NCBI GenBank assembly: GCA_023489235.1
Contig: JAMDDE010000012.1
Location: forward strand, 34,570-98,569
DNA from: Actinomycetota bacterium
GTDB lineage: Bacteria; Actinomycetota; Acidimicrobiia; Acidimicrobiales; JAMDDE01
Reading direction: 5' to 3'
Length of the DNA stretch: 64,000 bases
This document shows positions 1 through 9,442 of the stretch, piece after piece. Below the pieces are notes generated by a model that had not been told where the DNA came from, ran no database searches, and saw nothing but the letters and a program-made list of their open reading frames with translations. Every line of letters starts with the position of its first letter. Positions within the stretch are counted from its first letter, which is position 1. The position numbers were made by a program, and so were the translations under genes.

Positions 1-2
1 TA

Positions 3-1085
3 GAGTCGGCAGTAATAGGTGAGACGGAAGTATTGGGCCAGGTGAAACAGGCGTTTCGTATAGCAGAGGATAATGGAGCCGCTGGCCCACTCCTCTCCGA
101 ACTATTTAGGCGAGCAATAGAGGTAGGCAAACGGGTACGTACCGAGACGGCTATAGCCAGAGGAACTACCTCTATGTCTCAAGCAGCCGTTGATCTCATC
201 CTGCAACGAAGCGGTTCACTGGATGACAAGCTGGTGGCAGTGGTTGGAGCTGGAGAGATAGCTGCCGGAGTGTTAGATGCTCTGAGAACCAGGATGGGAG
301 GGGAGGTAGCCGGTCTGCCGGTTACTGACCTTGTCGGGAAGTGGAAAGATACGGGTAGTTATCGCCCGATAACTGCGTCAACGGCTCCCAGGGGAACCAA
401 GGAAATTAGGGAAATCAGGGACTTCATGGAATCTGAGGATCGTTCTTCTATTGTGGTGATCAATAGGACCGTTGACAAGGCCAAGGCGCTTGCCGATAAG
501 GTGAATGGCAATCCCCATGCACTGGACAATCTCCCTTGGGTGATATCCCAAGCGGATGTAGTGGTTGCATGTGTTGCAACTTCTAAGCCGATTGTGGATG
601 TAGAAATGGTCCGACAGGCTGTCGAGGGCAGATGGAGTCGTCCATTGCTCATGGTGGATATGGGGGTTCCTCGAAACATTGTTCCTGAGGCTGGAGAGGT
701 GCCTGGAGTAAGCTTGGTCACCTTGAATCAAGTAGCAGAGTTCGTTGAGTCCAACTTGGACAGTCGGCATGCCGAACTTGCTAGAGCTCATGTGATAGTG
801 CAAGAAGAACTCGATCGCTATCGTCGAGATAGCTCAGCCAGGACGGTGGCCCCTGTGGTGGCTGCCTTTCGGGAAAGGGTCGAACGAATCCGCCAAGAAG
901 AGCTGAATGCCTACCGTCGCAAGCTAGCTGATCTCAACGATCAGGAGTGGTCTACGGTGGATGCGTTGACCAAGAGAATTGTCAGAAAACTCATGCACGA
1001 GCCTACCCTGCGGGTCAAAGAGGCAGCTCTGTCGACACACGGTAATTTGCTGATAGAGGCCCTCAAGGAACTTTTTGGCTTGTAA
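3..1085 (+). CDS. hemA: glutamyl-tRNA reductase; 5' end lies outside the window
   Basis: The frame is open from nt 3. ESAVIGETEVLGQVKQAF matches the conserved HemA segment GE.QILGQVK. It has the VVGAGE NADPH-binding motif and a coiled C-terminal dimerisation region, and it heads a hemA-hemC-hemD-hemB-hemL run. The TTG at 33 in the ORF track is internal. Confidence 0.9.
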   Translation, partial: ESAVIGETEVLGQVKQAFRIAEDNGAAGPLLSELFRRAIEVGKRVRTETAIARGTTSMSQAAVDLILQRSGSLDDKLVAVVGAGEIAAGVLDALRTRMGGEVAGLPVTDLVGKWKDTGSYRPITASTAPRGTKEIREIRDFMESEDRSSIVVINRTVDKAKALADKVNGNPHALDNLPWVISQADVVVACVATSKPIVDVEMVRQAVEGRWSRPLLMVDMGVPRNIVPEAGEVPGVSLVTLNQVAEFVESNLDSRHAELARAHVIVQEELDRYRRDSSARTVAPVVAAFRERVERIRQEELNAYRRKLADLNDQEWSTVDALTKRIVRKLMHEPTLRVKEAALSTHGNLLIEALKELFGL

Positions 1086-1166
1086 CGGATGAGCAGTATA
1101 AACCTCCTATATAACGAAATCTATATAACAGCTTAGAGCAACTGATCTAATGCGGAGCAATCTGGA

Positions 1167-2105
1167 TTGAGCAGAACCGAGGCAAAAGGACACTCTCTGA
1201 GGATAGCTACGCGATCCTCCAATCTTGCTATTTGGCAGGCAAACCAAGTCAAGGTGGCACTGGAGAGAGTAAATGCAGATATTCCTGTTGAGGTAGTGCC
1301 ACTTGTAAGCTCTGGGGACTTGATACATGAGAAGCCGATAAGGGCACTTGGCACCCAAGGGGTGTTTACCAAGGAGATCCAAGCTGCTGTTCTGACGGGA
1401 CGAGCAGATATAGCAGTGCATTCTGCGAAAGATCTTCCTACGGTTGCAGTGAGCGGTTTGGAGATGGTGGCCGTACTGAAACGGGGCGAAGTGCGTGATG
1501 CCTTGGTAGGCTGTGCTGTTGCCGATCTTCATGAGGGATCGGTTGTAGCTACTGGATCCCCTCGGAGACGAGCACAACTGTCCTATATCCATCCAGGTAT
1601 AGTTTTTTCCGAGTTGAGAGGCAACATAGAGAGCAGACTGAGGCATTCGACCGAGGTTGATGCCGTAGTTGTCGCCGCAGTAGCTCTGCAACGTTTAGGG
1701 TTGGAGGAGTATGTGACGGATCTCTTGCCTGTGGAACTTATGCTTCCTCAAGTAGGGCAAGGAGCTATAGCAGTTGAATGCAGACAAGAAGATCTCTGGA
1801 TAAAGGACATATTAGGTCGGATAGACGATCATCCTTCTAGGATGGCAGTCCAAGCTGAGCGCGCATTCATGTTCCGGATTGGTCAAGTTGGGAACTATGG
1901 AGGTGCCTGCACCCTTCCGGTGGCTGCTTTGGCTCAGATTGGCCAGGATGGGTCATGGGTCATGAAAGGCATGCTAGCGAGTGAGGATGGTTTGACTATG
2001 TTGAGAGAGGAAGCAAAAGGAAACGATCCTATGACACTAGCTAACGTGATTGCTGATCGCATTCTTGGCGCCAGCGAGGCGAAGAGGATCATTGGGTTGT
2101 CATAA
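1167..2105 (+). CDS. hemC: porphobilinogen deaminase (hydroxymethylbilane synthase)
   Basis: LRIATRSSNLAIWQA N-terminus, AVHSAKDLP motif, RGNIESRL motif and a C-terminal cofactor-Cys region (GGACTLPVAA). Confidence 0.92.
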   Translation: MSRTEAKGHSLRIATRSSNLAIWQANQVKVALERVNADIPVEVVPLVSSGDLIHEKPIRALGTQGVFTKEIQAAVLTGRADIAVHSAKDLPTVAVSGLEMVAVLKRGEVRDALVGCAVADLHEGSVVATGSPRRRAQLSYIHPGIVFSELRGNIESRLRHSTEVDAVVVAAVALQRLGLEEYVTDLLPVELMLPQVGQGAIAVECRQEDLWIKDILGRIDDHPSRMAVQAERAFMFRIGQVGNYGGACTLPVAALAQIGQDGSWVMKGMLASEDGLTMLREEAKGNDPMTLANVIADRILGASEAKRIIGLS

Positions 2106-2163
2106 GGTGACAACTAAGACAACAACCAGGCAACCCATAGGGCGACAACCAGTGCGTAGAAAC

Positions 2164-2201
2164 CAACTACTTGTTGGCGCCCAAGTCCCAACAAGTAGTT
2201 G
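2164..2201 (+). other. perfect 14-bp stem-loop in the hemC-cobA/hemD spacer
   Basis: CAACTACTTGTTGG (2164-2177) pairs with CCAACAAGTAGTTG (2188-2201) around a 10-nt loop. There is no U-tract after it. Confidence 0.6.
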
Positions 2202-2367
2202 CAATTGATCGTCTTACGATTTGCAGTGGTGGTACCGTTGCTTAAGGGGCAGTGGTCAGCACCGTCCTTCCTCTGGTTCTCCCTTTATCAACGCGCCGGA
2301 AACCTCGGCCCTTTAGGGGCGAGAGAGGTCATCTAAGATCAACGGCTTGCGCGCGTAATCTAGTCGT

Positions 2368-3900
2368 ATGTGGAAGGCGAGAGTTTTCTTGGTAGGGGCT
2401 GGTCCAGGCGATCCGCGATTGATTACTGTTAGAGCTGCTGAGCTACTCCGAAAGGCTGATGCAGTAGTCTACGATCGCTTGGTGGACAAAAGAGTGGTCG
2501 ACCTGGCACCTAGCTCAGCTGCGAGATTCGATGTGGGCAAGCATCCTCGCAAGCTGTTATCTCCCGGAGAAGAACCTGAGGTAACGAACGAAGCAGAAGG
2601 CAGCTTCAAGGGTTCTATTGATCAAGCTGCCATCAATGAGCTCTTGATAGAGCTAGCCAGCAAGCACGAGTGTGTAGTGCGTCTGAAGGGTGGGGATCCA
2701 TTTGTATTCGGTCGCGGTGGAGAAGAAGCCTTGGCTCTCCTAGAGGCAGAGGTGCCCTTTGAGGTGGTCCCGGGAATCACTTCAGCAGTGGCGGTGCCCT
2801 GCTACGCTGGCGTTCCTGTAACCCATAGGGGAATTTCCTCGTCCGTGACCATAGTGGCTGGACACCTCGACTCCGGTGGTGGGCAGGTGAAATGGGAGGA
2901 TATAGCTAAGTTCTCTGGTACAATTGTGATCCTCATGGGGGTTGCTCATCGAGCTGAAATTGCAGATCGTTTGATGCTTGGAGGACTTTCTGGGGACACC
3001 CCAGTTGTTGCAGTATCGCAAGGTACTTTACCCTGCCAACGCAGTATACGCACTACACTTCGGTACCTTGGTGAAACAGAGCTCAGTTCTCCGGCGACAA
3101 TCGTGGTTGGAAATGTGGCGGAGTTGAACTTCTCCTGGTTCGAGAGGCTTCCTTTGTTCGGGTGGAAGGTAGTGGTGACCCGTGCATCCGAAAAGGCCTC
3201 TGGAATCGCTACCATGCTGGAGGAGAATGGAGCTATGGTGCTGGAGGTGCCGGTGATCAGTAAGTCTCCCCCTCGTGATGGGGGTGATTCCTTGAGACGG
3301 GCGGTTCAGCGAGTAGGGGAGTATGACTGGGTTGTCTTCACTTCACCTAACTCGGTGGATGAGCTGTTCTCTGCCGTATCCGATCTGCGCCAGTTAGGTG
3401 GAGTTAAGATAGCTGCGATAGGGCAGGGTACTGAAGCTGCCTTGAGGAACTGGCATGTAAGTCCGGATCTTATCCCCCCTGAAGCTGTAGCCGAATCTCT
3501 TGCTGCTGCTTTGATCGACTCTTCTGGTTCCATCGGGCAACGAGCCCTGTTCCCCAAGGCGGCTGGAGCGCGAGAAGTGTTAGGGAATCTCCTCAGGCAG
3601 TCCGGATGGTACGTAGATGAGGTAGAGGCCTACAGGACGGAGGCGGGGGAGGTGGATACTGCCATGATAGAGGCTGTTTCGAAAGCCGATGCAATTACCT
3701 TCACCTCTTCTTCCACCGTGACCAACTTCGTCAAGTTGTTCGGGAAGGAGGCAGTTCCTTCAGTTGTGGCCTGTATAGGTCCAATCACAGCCCAAACAGC
3801 AGTATCTGAAGGATTGCATGTCAATGTAGTAGCCTCTCGTCACTCCGTAGAAGGGCTAGTTGATTCTCTTGTCGAGTATGCTACTGGCGTCTCTTCATGA
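2368..3900 (+). CDS. cobA-hemD: bifunctional uroporphyrinogen-III C-methyltransferase / uroporphyrinogen-III synthase
   Basis: The N-terminal half carries SUMT motifs (VFLVGAGPGDPRLITVRA, KGGDPFVFGRGGEE, PGITSA). The C-terminal ~250 aa looks like a HemD-type two-lobe domain (KVVVTR..., DWVVFTSPNSV, ITFTSSSTV). This fusion is typical of actinobacterial hem clusters. Confidence 0.88.
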   Translation: MWKARVFLVGAGPGDPRLITVRAAELLRKADAVVYDRLVDKRVVDLAPSSAARFDVGKHPRKLLSPGEEPEVTNEAEGSFKGSIDQAAINELLIELASKHECVVRLKGGDPFVFGRGGEEALALLEAEVPFEVVPGITSAVAVPCYAGVPVTHRGISSSVTIVAGHLDSGGGQVKWEDIAKFSGTIVILMGVAHRAEIADRLMLGGLSGDTPVVAVSQGTLPCQRSIRTTLRYLGETELSSPATIVVGNVAELNFSWFERLPLFGWKVVVTRASEKASGIATMLEENGAMVLEVPVISKSPPRDGGDSLRRAVQRVGEYDWVVFTSPNSVDELFSAVSDLRQLGGVKIAAIGQGTEAALRNWHVSPDLIPPEAVAESLAAALIDSSGSIGQRALFPKAAGAREVLGNLLRQSGWYVDEVEAYRTEAGEVDTAMIEAVSKADAITFTSSSTVTNFVKLFGKEAVPSVVACIGPITAQTAVSEGLHVNVVASRHSVEGLVDSLVEYATGVSS

Positions 3901-3921
3901 TCATTGCTATAGGCTCGAATC

Positions 3922-4905
3922 ATGAGCTATCCACAACGACGACCTAGGAGACTTAGAAGGACTGAAGCACTGCGCTCCATGGTGGCGGAGACCAGCTTAG
4001 CTACCAATGACCTTATAGCTCCTTTGTTCGTGAAAGAAGGTATAGATGAGCCGGTACCCATCCCTTCGCTTCCAGGCATCCTGGCACATACCCCTTCTTC
4101 AGTTGTTGCAGAAGCCAAAGAGCTTGCTGCTCTGGGTATTCCCTCGGTCTTGGTGTTCGGTATTACCGATAGGCGTGATCCATTGGGGTCATGCGCATAC
4201 GATCCCAATGGCATAGCCCAGGTTGCCTTGAGGAGGCTGGTTGATACGCTGGGAGACTCCATGGTGATCATGGCAGATCTTTGTATCGATGAATATACAG
4301 ACCACGGGCACTGTGGCATCCTTGATCCCTTGGGCAATGTGGACAACGACGCCACCCTGGCTATCTACTCCCAAGTGGCTGTAGCGCAGGCAGAGGCAGG
4401 CGCACATGTGGTAGCTCCTAGCGGGATGATGGACGGACAGGTGCAAGCCATCCGGAAGGCTTTAGATGAGAGCGGGCATACGGATGTAGCTATTCTTGCT
4501 TACTCTGCTAAATATGCCTCTTCTTTGTACGGTCCCTTCAGGGATGCTGTGTCGGTGAGCATAGTAGGCGGTGGCAATCGTCGTGGTTATCAGCAGGACC
4601 CTCGCAACCTCCGGGAAGCCCTGTTGGAGGTAGCCCTGGATGTCGAGGAGGGCGCTGATATGGTCATGATCAAGCCAGCTCTCGCATATCTGGACGTAAT
4701 AGCTGCTGTGCGAGCTAACGTAGTTGTTCCTGTAGCGGCATATCATGTGAGCGGAGAGTATGCCATGGTAGTTGCTGCTGCCGAGAGAGGTTTAGTGGAC
4801 AGGGAAGCAGTCATCCTGGAGCATGTGGGAGCGATCAAACGAGCTGGGGCTGATATGATCATCACTTATTTTGCCAAGGAACTGGCGAGGATCATCCATG
4901 CCTGA
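3922..4905 (+). CDS. hemB: porphobilinogen synthase (delta-aminolevulinate dehydratase)
   Basis: RPRRLRRTEALRSMVAET N-terminus, active-site Lys contexts (MIKPAL, and SAKYASS...GPFRDA), and ITYFA C-terminus. Confidence 0.93.
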   Translation: MSYPQRRPRRLRRTEALRSMVAETSLATNDLIAPLFVKEGIDEPVPIPSLPGILAHTPSSVVAEAKELAALGIPSVLVFGITDRRDPLGSCAYDPNGIAQVALRRLVDTLGDSMVIMADLCIDEYTDHGHCGILDPLGNVDNDATLAIYSQVAVAQAEAGAHVVAPSGMMDGQVQAIRKALDESGHTDVAILAYSAKYASSLYGPFRDAVSVSIVGGGNRRGYQQDPRNLREALLEVALDVEEGADMVMIKPALAYLDVIAAVRANVVVPVAAYHVSGEYAMVVAAAERGLVDREAVILEHVGAIKRAGADMIITYFAKELARIIHA

Positions 4906-6184
4906 AATCCTCTCCAATAATACTCTATCCAGCAATACGGAACTATTTAGCCGAGCAGTACGGGTGATCCCTGGTGGAGTCAACTCTCCTGTGCGGTCGT
5001 TTGCCTCCGTAGGAGGCATGCCTTACTTCGTAGCCAAAGGTGAGGGTTCACGGATAGTCGATGTGGAAGGTACCTCCTACATAGACTATGTACAATCCTA
5101 TGGAGCCAGTTTGTTAGGCCATGCCCATCCGGTGGTCGTGGAAGCTGTGTCATCTGCTGCTCGTCTAGGGGTGACATTTGGAGCACCAACCTTGGCGGAG
5201 GTGGAGTTAGCCGAGAAGATTTGTTCATCTGTGCCTGGATGTGAGCAGGTGCGCCTTACCTCTAGCGGAACTGAAGCAGCTATGAGCGCTATCAGACTGG
5301 CTAGGGGATTTACGGGTCGAGATCGCATCATAAAGTTTGCTGGGTGTTACCATGGTCATAGTGATGCTCTTTTAGCATCGGCAGGGAGCGGAGTAGCCAC
5401 CCTAGCTCTTCCCGGCTCAGCAGGCGTGCCTGTTTCTGCGGTTGCCGAGACAATGGTGTACCCCTACAACCAAGTACCCCCTATAGATAGCTCTGTAGCC
5501 TGTGTGATCGTCGAACCGGTAGCTGCGAACATGGGGGTTGTACCTCCTAGACCCGGATTCTTGGAAGGTTTGAGAGTGGCATGTGATCGTGCAGGAGCAT
5601 TGTTGATCTTCGACGAGGTGATCACCGGATTTAGGATCGCCAAAGGAGGAGCTGCTCAGCTGTACGGAGTGATCCCTGATCTATGGTGTTTTGGCAAAGT
5701 TATTGGTGGTGGCTTACCCATAGGTGCATATGCAGGTCCTCGTCGGATAATGGAGATGGTCGCACCCGTCGGACCGGTATATCAAGCTGGTACTTTGTCG
5801 GGCAACCCTCTGGCGACGGCAGCAGGCTTGGCCGTATTGTCTCTGGTGGACGATGGCAGTTACAAGGAACTGTCATCGAAGGTGGCGGGATTTGCTGAAG
5901 AGATGAGGATGGCACTGTCCTATGGAGGCCTTGATCCACAAGTACCTACTGCAGGAACCTTGATGGGCTTGTTCTTTGGCAAGGAGGAGGTAGTCGACTA
6001 CGAGGGAGCCAAGGCAAGTGCTTCTACCGGCATTTACAATCGACTGTTCCATGGTCTGTTAGCCAAGGGCATTGCCTTTCCTCCTAGCCCTTATGAAGCT
6101 TTGTTCGTTAGCTTGGCCCATACCGAAGAGGATTTGGAGATCACCGTTGCTGCCGTAGCCGATCTAGCCAAGACACTGACCTGA
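4898..6184 (+). CDS. hemL: glutamate-1-semialdehyde 2,1-aminomutase
   Basis: RVIPGGVNSPVRSF motif, class-III aminotransferase PLP region (FDEVITGFR, CFGKVIGGGLPIGAY). The ATG at 4898 overlaps the hemB stop (ATGCCTGA). The ORF-track start at 4871 lies inside hemB. Confidence 0.92.
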   Translation: MPEILSNNTLSSNTELFSRAVRVIPGGVNSPVRSFASVGGMPYFVAKGEGSRIVDVEGTSYIDYVQSYGASLLGHAHPVVVEAVSSAARLGVTFGAPTLAEVELAEKICSSVPGCEQVRLTSSGTEAAMSAIRLARGFTGRDRIIKFAGCYHGHSDALLASAGSGVATLALPGSAGVPVSAVAETMVYPYNQVPPIDSSVACVIVEPVAANMGVVPPRPGFLEGLRVACDRAGALLIFDEVITGFRIAKGGAAQLYGVIPDLWCFGKVIGGGLPIGAYAGPRRIMEMVAPVGPVYQAGTLSGNPLATAAGLAVLSLVDDGSYKELSSKVAGFAEEMRMALSYGGLDPQVPTAGTLMGLFFGKEEVVDYEGAKASASTGIYNRLFHGLLAKGIAFPPSPYEALFVSLAHTEEDLEITVAAVADLAKTLT

Positions 6185-7509
6185 AGTGATCGAGCCCTTG
6201 GGGCTAGGTACTGTCGTGCATTGGCCAACGAAGCAGCAATTTCAAGCAAGGCTGTCTCTGGCCTTACGAGATCGTCCTTCATCAAATTGGCCATGATGGA
6301 TAGCACCCAGCTCATGAGCGTGGGAGATCGCATGCCGATTCTCACCAGTGTGCTCATCACCATAGGGTTGCTCGCCAGTTCCATGAAGCTTTGTCCCGTT
6401 CGGTAGTAACTGCTGTAATACTCTTCCAAGAGGATGTCGTAGGTCCCCAATGCTGTATCGCCCTCTCCCGAAAGAGCCTCTGCTATGACAGAAGCTGCTA
6501 GTCGTCCGGATTCGTAAGCATAGGCAATACCTTCTCCGTTGAATGGGTTGATGGTAGATGCAGCATCGCCTATCAGTACATGGCGTTTGCCAGCTCGAGG
6601 TAGGATCGATAACCCCATGGGCAATCGTCCTCCGCTCGGAGGGGAGATAGCTTTGGAGTTGTCCAGTTCGAAGCTGGATGGGACCTGCCGTAGGAAGAGA
6701 GACATCAACTCAGAGGTGTTGGTCCCCTTCCACCGCTTGTTAGTGGACAAAAGCCCAACTCCTACGTTGACCACACCGTCACCCATAGGGAAAATCCAGC
6801 CGTAACCAGGCACTATCTTTCCTGAGTTGTCACGAATGTCGAGGTGGGATTCGATCCATTGCTCACGGGAGCGAGGAGATAGGTAGTATCCTCTCATGGC
6901 CATACCCATTGGTTTGGAGCGATCCCTTCTAGCGCCAAGGTATCTCCCTAGGCGCGAGTTGGCTCCATCGGCCACCACTAGGTACCTGGCCTGCACGGAG
7001 AGTGTATGACTATTTATCTCACAGGACTGCTCTCCTATGGTGGCGGATACAACCTCTATGCCTTCCAGGATGGTTGCTCCTGCTTCTCGGGCTCGGTCGG
7101 CAACCATCTTGTCCAACTCAGCTCGTCTTATGACATAGCCGTAGCGAGGAAAGCTTGGATGGTCTGGCCAGCTTAGCTCTAGCTCTCTTCCAAAAGCCAC
7201 CGATCTCAATCCCCAGTACCTATGGTGTCGACTCAGCTTCTCCGATAGTCCCATGTCTTCCAGTTGTCTCACCGATCTGGGGGTGAGTCCGTCTCCACAA
7301 GTCTTGTCCCGAGGAAAGTGCTTTTTTTCCAGGACGATCACGTTGAATCCGGCTTGGGCGAGCCAATAGGCACAGCTGGCTCCAGCTGGACCAGCTCCTA
7401 CTATTGCTACATCGTAGAGGAGGCGGGGACCCTCCTTGGAATTAGGAGATATTTCCATGGCGATCACCATGGTACTCGGATTGCTTATCTGGGTTGCCCT
7501 GGGTTCCAT
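6091..7509 (-). CDS. geranylgeranyl reductase family FAD-dependent oxidoreductase
   Basis: YDVAIVGAGPAGASCAYWLAQAG dinucleotide-binding motif followed by KTCGDGLTPRSV, then GDAASTINPFNGEGI. Its position divergent from nuoA resembles actinobacterial genomes. The true start may be the internal Met at 7470 or 7458. Confidence 0.8.
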   Translation of the reverse strand: MEPRATQISNPSTMVIAMEISPNSKEGPRLLYDVAIVGAGPAGASCAYWLAQAGFNVIVLEKKHFPRDKTCGDGLTPRSVRQLEDMGLSEKLSRHHRYWGLRSVAFGRELELSWPDHPSFPRYGYVIRRAELDKMVADRAREAGATILEGIEVVSATIGEQSCEINSHTLSVQARYLVVADGANSRLGRYLGARRDRSKPMGMAMRGYYLSPRSREQWIESHLDIRDNSGKIVPGYGWIFPMGDGVVNVGVGLLSTNKRWKGTNTSELMSLFLRQVPSSFELDNSKAISPPSGGRLPMGLSILPRAGKRHVLIGDAASTINPFNGEGIAYAYESGRLAASVIAEALSGEGDTALGTYDILLEEYYSSYYRTGQSFMELASNPMVMSTLVRIGMRSPTLMSWVLSIMANLMKDDLVRPETALLEIAASLANARQYLAPRARSLQVSVLARSATAATVISKSSSVWAKLTNKAS

Positions 7510-7734
7510 TGTTTCGGAGAACGCTATCTGGAAACTCTCCGAAGGAGCTATAGAGGCATCTACTGCTCTTTAGGCCAATATGCCAGCAAGCTTTATTAGT
7601 GCTAAAGAATATATGTAAGTGGTTGCACGTAAAGAAATGATGGTTTTTCGAAGCAGAGATCCTATATTGTTGTAGTTTGCTTGAAGAAACGAGGTTGATG
7701 TCTGGTGCTTGATGCGATGCGAGAGGGTTGAGCT

Positions 7735-8187
7735 ATGGATGCCATGATAAACTACCTTCCTATTCTTATTATGATCGTACTTGGTGCAATCTTTGCAGGA
7801 GCGTCATTCCTGGCCTCGGGCATCTTTGCTCCATCCAAGCGACCAACGGCTGCCAAAACAGCTCCTTATGAGTGTGGGATAGTGCCGCGTCGTGAGCCCC
7901 CTGAACGTTTCCCTGTGAGGTTTTATTTGATTGCCATGGTTTTTATAATCTTCGATGTAGAGGTGATCTTCCTATACCCATGGGCGGTAGTGTTTAGAGA
8001 ACTCGGACTGTTCGGCTTGATAGAAGTGGTGGCTTTTGCAGCAGCCGTGTTCATATCGTTCATCTACCTCGTTGCCAATGGAGTGTTGGATTGGGGACCT
8101 GTCAAGCGGCTGCGTCCAGCTGTGTCGGAGCGTACTACGGAGTCAACCATTGCTCGTATAGGTACGACCAAGGAACAAGCTGCTTGA
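7735..8187 (+). CDS. nuoA: NADH-quinone oxidoreductase subunit A
   Basis: ND3-family pattern (three TM helices, APYECG motif). It is the first gene of a collinear nuoA-N series. Confidence 0.9.
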   Translation: MDAMINYLPILIMIVLGAIFAGASFLASGIFAPSKRPTAAKTAPYECGIVPRREPPERFPVRFYLIAMVFIIFDVEVIFLYPWAVVFRELGLFGLIEVVAFAAAVFISFIYLVANGVLDWGPVKRLRPAVSERTTESTIARIGTTKEQAA

Positions 8188-8230
8188 TCGATCCAGAGCG
8201 ACTGATCCAGAGAAGAGGAGAGCTTATCAA

Positions 8231-8833
8231 GTGGGATTGGAGAATCTGAGTTACAACTTTTTGACCGGGAGACTTGAGGACCTGGTCAAATGGGCCAGAA
8301 GGAATAGTGTTTGGCCTGCCACGTTCGGATTGGCTTGTTGTGCTATCGAGATGATGTCCTTGGGGGCAGCTGACTTCGATATCTCCAGGTTTGGTATGGA
8401 GGTGTTCAGAGCCTCACCCCGTCAGGCAGATTTGATGGTTGTGGCTGGGCGGGTGTCACAGAAGATGGCTCCTGTACTACGACAGGTCTACGACCAGATG
8501 ATGGAGCCCAAGTGGGTTATCTCGATGGGGGTATGTGCTTCGACTGGAGGCATGTTCAATAATTACGCCATCGTCCAAGGAGTAGATCAAGTGGTTCCAG
8601 TGGATGTGTATGCACCAGGTTGTCCCCCTTCTCCTCAGACTCTTATGCATGCAATCTTGACTTTGCACGAGAAGATTCGCACCGGAGAGATCACTCGACG
8701 ACGTCGCATCAGTTCTGCTTCTTCGTCATCAGCAACAGAGGGGGTGCAAATTGGCGAAGACAAAGGCGCCAACGAGCAAGAAAGCTGGGTCGACAGGGGA
8801 ACGGGGGTCGTGAGCGTAGGTACGCCTAGATGA
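8231..8833 (+). CDS. nuoB: NADH-quinone oxidoreductase subunit B
   Basis: [19 protein letters not shown] and PGCPP cluster-N2 motifs. GTG start with a GAGGAG SD. It has a ~45-aa low-complexity C-terminal tail. Confidence 0.93.
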   Translation: MGLENLSYNFLTGRLEDLVKWARRNSVWPATFGLACCAIEMMSLGAADFDISRFGMEVFRASPRQADLMVVAGRVSQKMAPVLRQVYDQMMEPKWVISMGVCASTGGMFNNYAIVQGVDQVVPVDVYAPGCPPSPQTLMHAILTLHEKIRTGEITRRRRISSASSSSATEGVQIGEDKGANEQESWVDRGTGVVSVGTPR

Positions 8834-9390
8834 TCGCCGAGCAGTCAAAGCAAGTCGAACAGGGGGCACTTGGCCAAGATGGGAGAGATGATCAGGACAA
8901 AGCGGAGGTAGAGGGTATAGCCCACGCCCCTTCCTCTACTGATACTTCAGCAGTAGAGGTAGTACATGTATCTCGAGCCAAATATCTCGATGTGGTTGCA
9001 GCCTCCAAATCAGAGGGGTTCGAGATGTGCTCCGACCTTTGCGCGGTGGACTATTTGACTTATCCAGCACCTAGGAATTTGCCTGATGGAATCCGGCCGG
9101 AGCGTTTCGAAGTTGTAGTCAATCTTTTGTCGCTTTCGACTGCCAAGAGGAGGCGCATCAGGGTGCAGGTCCCGGAGGAGGATCCGGTTGTACCGTCTCT
9201 GTTCGGTCTCTATCCAGGAGTAGAGGCCATGGAGAGAGAAGCCTACGATTTGATGGGTATAAGTTTTGACGGCCACCCTGATCTGACCCGTATCCTCATG
9301 CCCGAGGATTGGGAGGGTCATCCTCTGCGCAAAGACTATGGTGTTGGACGCGTCCCCGTGCAGTTCAAGGAGGCTCCAGGGCCGCGATGA
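8830..9390 (+). CDS. nuoC: NADH-quinone oxidoreductase subunit C
   Basis: [36 protein letters not shown] 30-kDa subunit signature. ATGA overlap with nuoB. Confidence 0.92.
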   Translation: MIAEQSKQVEQGALGQDGRDDQDKAEVEGIAHAPSSTDTSAVEVVHVSRAKYLDVVAASKSEGFEMCSDLCAVDYLTYPAPRNLPDGIRPERFEVVVNLLSLSTAKRRRIRVQVPEEDPVVPSLFGLYPGVEAMEREAYDLMGISFDGHPDLTRILMPEDWEGHPLRKDYGVGRVPVQFKEAPGPR

Positions 9391-9442
9391 ACGCTATGAG
9401 ATATTTGGAGGCATTCGAGGAAGTCATTGAGAGGTTATCCGC

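Noticed and set aside
2215-2300. Possible cobalamin riboswitch upstream of the cobA/hemD fusion gene
   Set aside because: The only B12-box-like strings (CCACTG) are on the minus strand, where nothing would be regulated. I could not assemble the conserved core helices on the plus strand. The region is left as an unclassified structured spacer pending a covariance-model scan.
4871-4897. Upstream start codons offered by the ORF track for hemL (4871), nuoG (12871), nuoM (20508) and fliW (26964)
   Set aside because: Each extension overlaps the conserved end of the preceding gene and adds residues with no homology. Downstream ATGs sit in stop-start overlap or SD-supported positions typical of the rest of these operons.
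7510-7734. Sigma-70-type promoter hexamers in the reductase/nuoA divergent region (TTGCAC at 7623, TATATT at 7664)
   Set aside because: The candidate -35 and -10 elements are not at a compatible spacing with each other. I could not support a specific promoter call from sequence alone.
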